A stretch of DNA of 63,915 nucleotides, counting the filler, from Octopus bimaculoides (Eukaryota): assembly GCF_001194135.2 (NCBI RefSeq). It is 5 parts of 5 records of this genome, joined end to end, with 100 filler letters (N's around TTAATTAATTAA, not from the genome) between each part and the next. Parts side by side here need not be neighbours in the genome. Positions count along the whole stretch, not along the records: positions 60,338 to 63,915 come from NC_068989.1; 4 more parts are not named here. One strand, written 5' to 3'. This document shows positions 62,831-63,915 of this stretch, in pieces. Below the pieces are notes generated by a model that was not told where the DNA came from, did no database searches, and saw nothing but the letters and a program-made list of their open reading frames with translations. How positions within the stretch are numbered: position 1 is the first letter of the stretch; every line of letters begins with the position of its first letter. The translations under genes and the position numbers were made by a program.

Positions 62831-62959
62831 CCTTCATATCTCACAGAGATACGTGTCTAGTGTAGAATAAGTGTCACTGCACCGTTTATTTCCTCGTTTG
62901 AGGCAGGCCTTAGTGCTTTCCTTTTGTTGAGTATGAGTCTCGTCTTACGAGTTGTGCAG

Positions 62960-63410
62960 AAATTGGTAGTAAGGTATCTCTTGATTGTGAGAGTATGCTG
63001 GCTACATGCCGTTGTGTATTACTGTTCTCAACAGAATCGATTGTCGAATGCAGTGTGTCACTATCCCGAAAAGTTACAGCATAAAGATATACTTCTCGTG
63101 ACTCGCGACACACACTGCTGATAACCAATTATTGAGGAATCATTCTATCTTATTTTCGCTTTGAAAACATTTGCTTCGTCAATTTCGACAATTTTTCCGG
63201 GACCACCAATATTTAATGAGTCGCGGAGTATATCCTCTGCACATTCCTGACGTAAATAATTGTAATCAACAACCGTAGTGCTTCAGATTGGTAATGGGCT
63301 ATGCTCATTTCTTTCATCCATGAATATAAAAACAGAATCATTGCCCTTAAGACAAAGTGTGATAACGTTAACGTTGTTCTCATAGAAAACACAATTGCAA
63401 CATGCCAGCA
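62960..63410 (-). mobile_element. Merlin (IS1595/ISXO2-like) transposase remnant
   Basis: TVVDYNYLRQECAEDIL..LNIGGPGKIVEIDE and VCRESREVYLYAVTFRDSDTL; frameshifted, TIRs not found. Confidence 0.8.
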
Positions 63411-63454
63411 ATTGAGTCTTCCGATTGGTTGAGATGACATAAATTTAAAGATTT

Positions 63455-63812
63455 ATCTTTTACTTTTTCAGTCATTACACTGTAGCCATGCTGGGCACCG
63501 CTCTGAGAATTTTTAGTGGAATGAATCGACCTCAGTACTTATTTTATCGGTCTCTTTGCCGAACCGCTAGTTTGCGGGGACGAAAGCAAACCAGCTCCGG
63601 TTGTCAAGCAGTGGTGGGGGACAAACACAGACACGCCCTTAGACACATACATACATACATTACATACATACGTTGGACTTCTTTCGGTTTCCGTCTACCA
63701 TATCCACTCACAAGGTTTTGCTCGGCCCAAGGCTATAGTAGAGGACACTTGCCCAAAGTGCTACGCAGTGGGACTAGACCCAAAACCATGTGGTTGGGAA
63801 GTAAGCTTCTTT
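63455..63812 (-). mobile_element. SINE family A, complete
   Basis: tttcagtcattacactgtagccatgctgggcaccgc ... ccactcacaaggttttgctcggcccaaggctatagtagaggacacttgcccaa. Confidence 0.85.
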
Positions 63813-63915
63813 ATTTCATAAAAATTCGCCATACGGCGTTACATTGAGGGGACAAACAAAGAAGCTACGGGCTGGACACAGACATTAATGAATGGAGATG
63901 AATACAAAAGAAAGA

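Overview
This is repeat-dense, AT-rich animal (not prokaryotic) DNA. The SINE families and the extreme (TA)n/(TG)n/(TATG)n/(CAT)n microsatellite load look like an octopus genome; this is inference from recall and was not searched. The window contains many N gaps and four artificial 100-bp joins (44 N + TTAATTAATTAA + 44 N). These split it into five segments that may not be truly adjacent: 1-17723, 17824-42069, 42170-49745, 49846-60237 and 60338-63915. No intact protein-coding gene is recognisable, and almost all ORFs in the track are microsatellite or N artefacts. Transposon remnants that can be supported: a near full-length decayed Tx1/L1-type LINE with an 8-bp TSD (31010-35375), a second Tx1-type element, several R4/Dong-like RLE LINE pieces, a Penelope GIY-YIG end, an RTE fragment, two mariners, a DD37D/maT element, a piggyBac, a Merlin, hAT/Tc1/TTAA MITEs and about 25 SINE copies from about five families. 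CpG loss, strand skew and a few splice-site pairs hint at minus-strand host gene(s) in 17.8-41.4 kb and 54-60 kb. The most interesting signals are as follows. (1) Four hammerhead-ribozyme-like motifs lie on the same strand within 10.6 kb, one with a fully intact core (30227-30285). (2) A ~315-bp tandem repeat carries a hammerhead-like core (retrozyme or Penelope pLTR-like), and the Tx1 LINE inserted at its unit junction. (3) An R4-like LINE family sits repeatedly in (CATA)n microsatellites. (4) Several near-perfect long inverted duplications are candidate dsRNA/ADAR substrates. All alignments and folds were done by eye.
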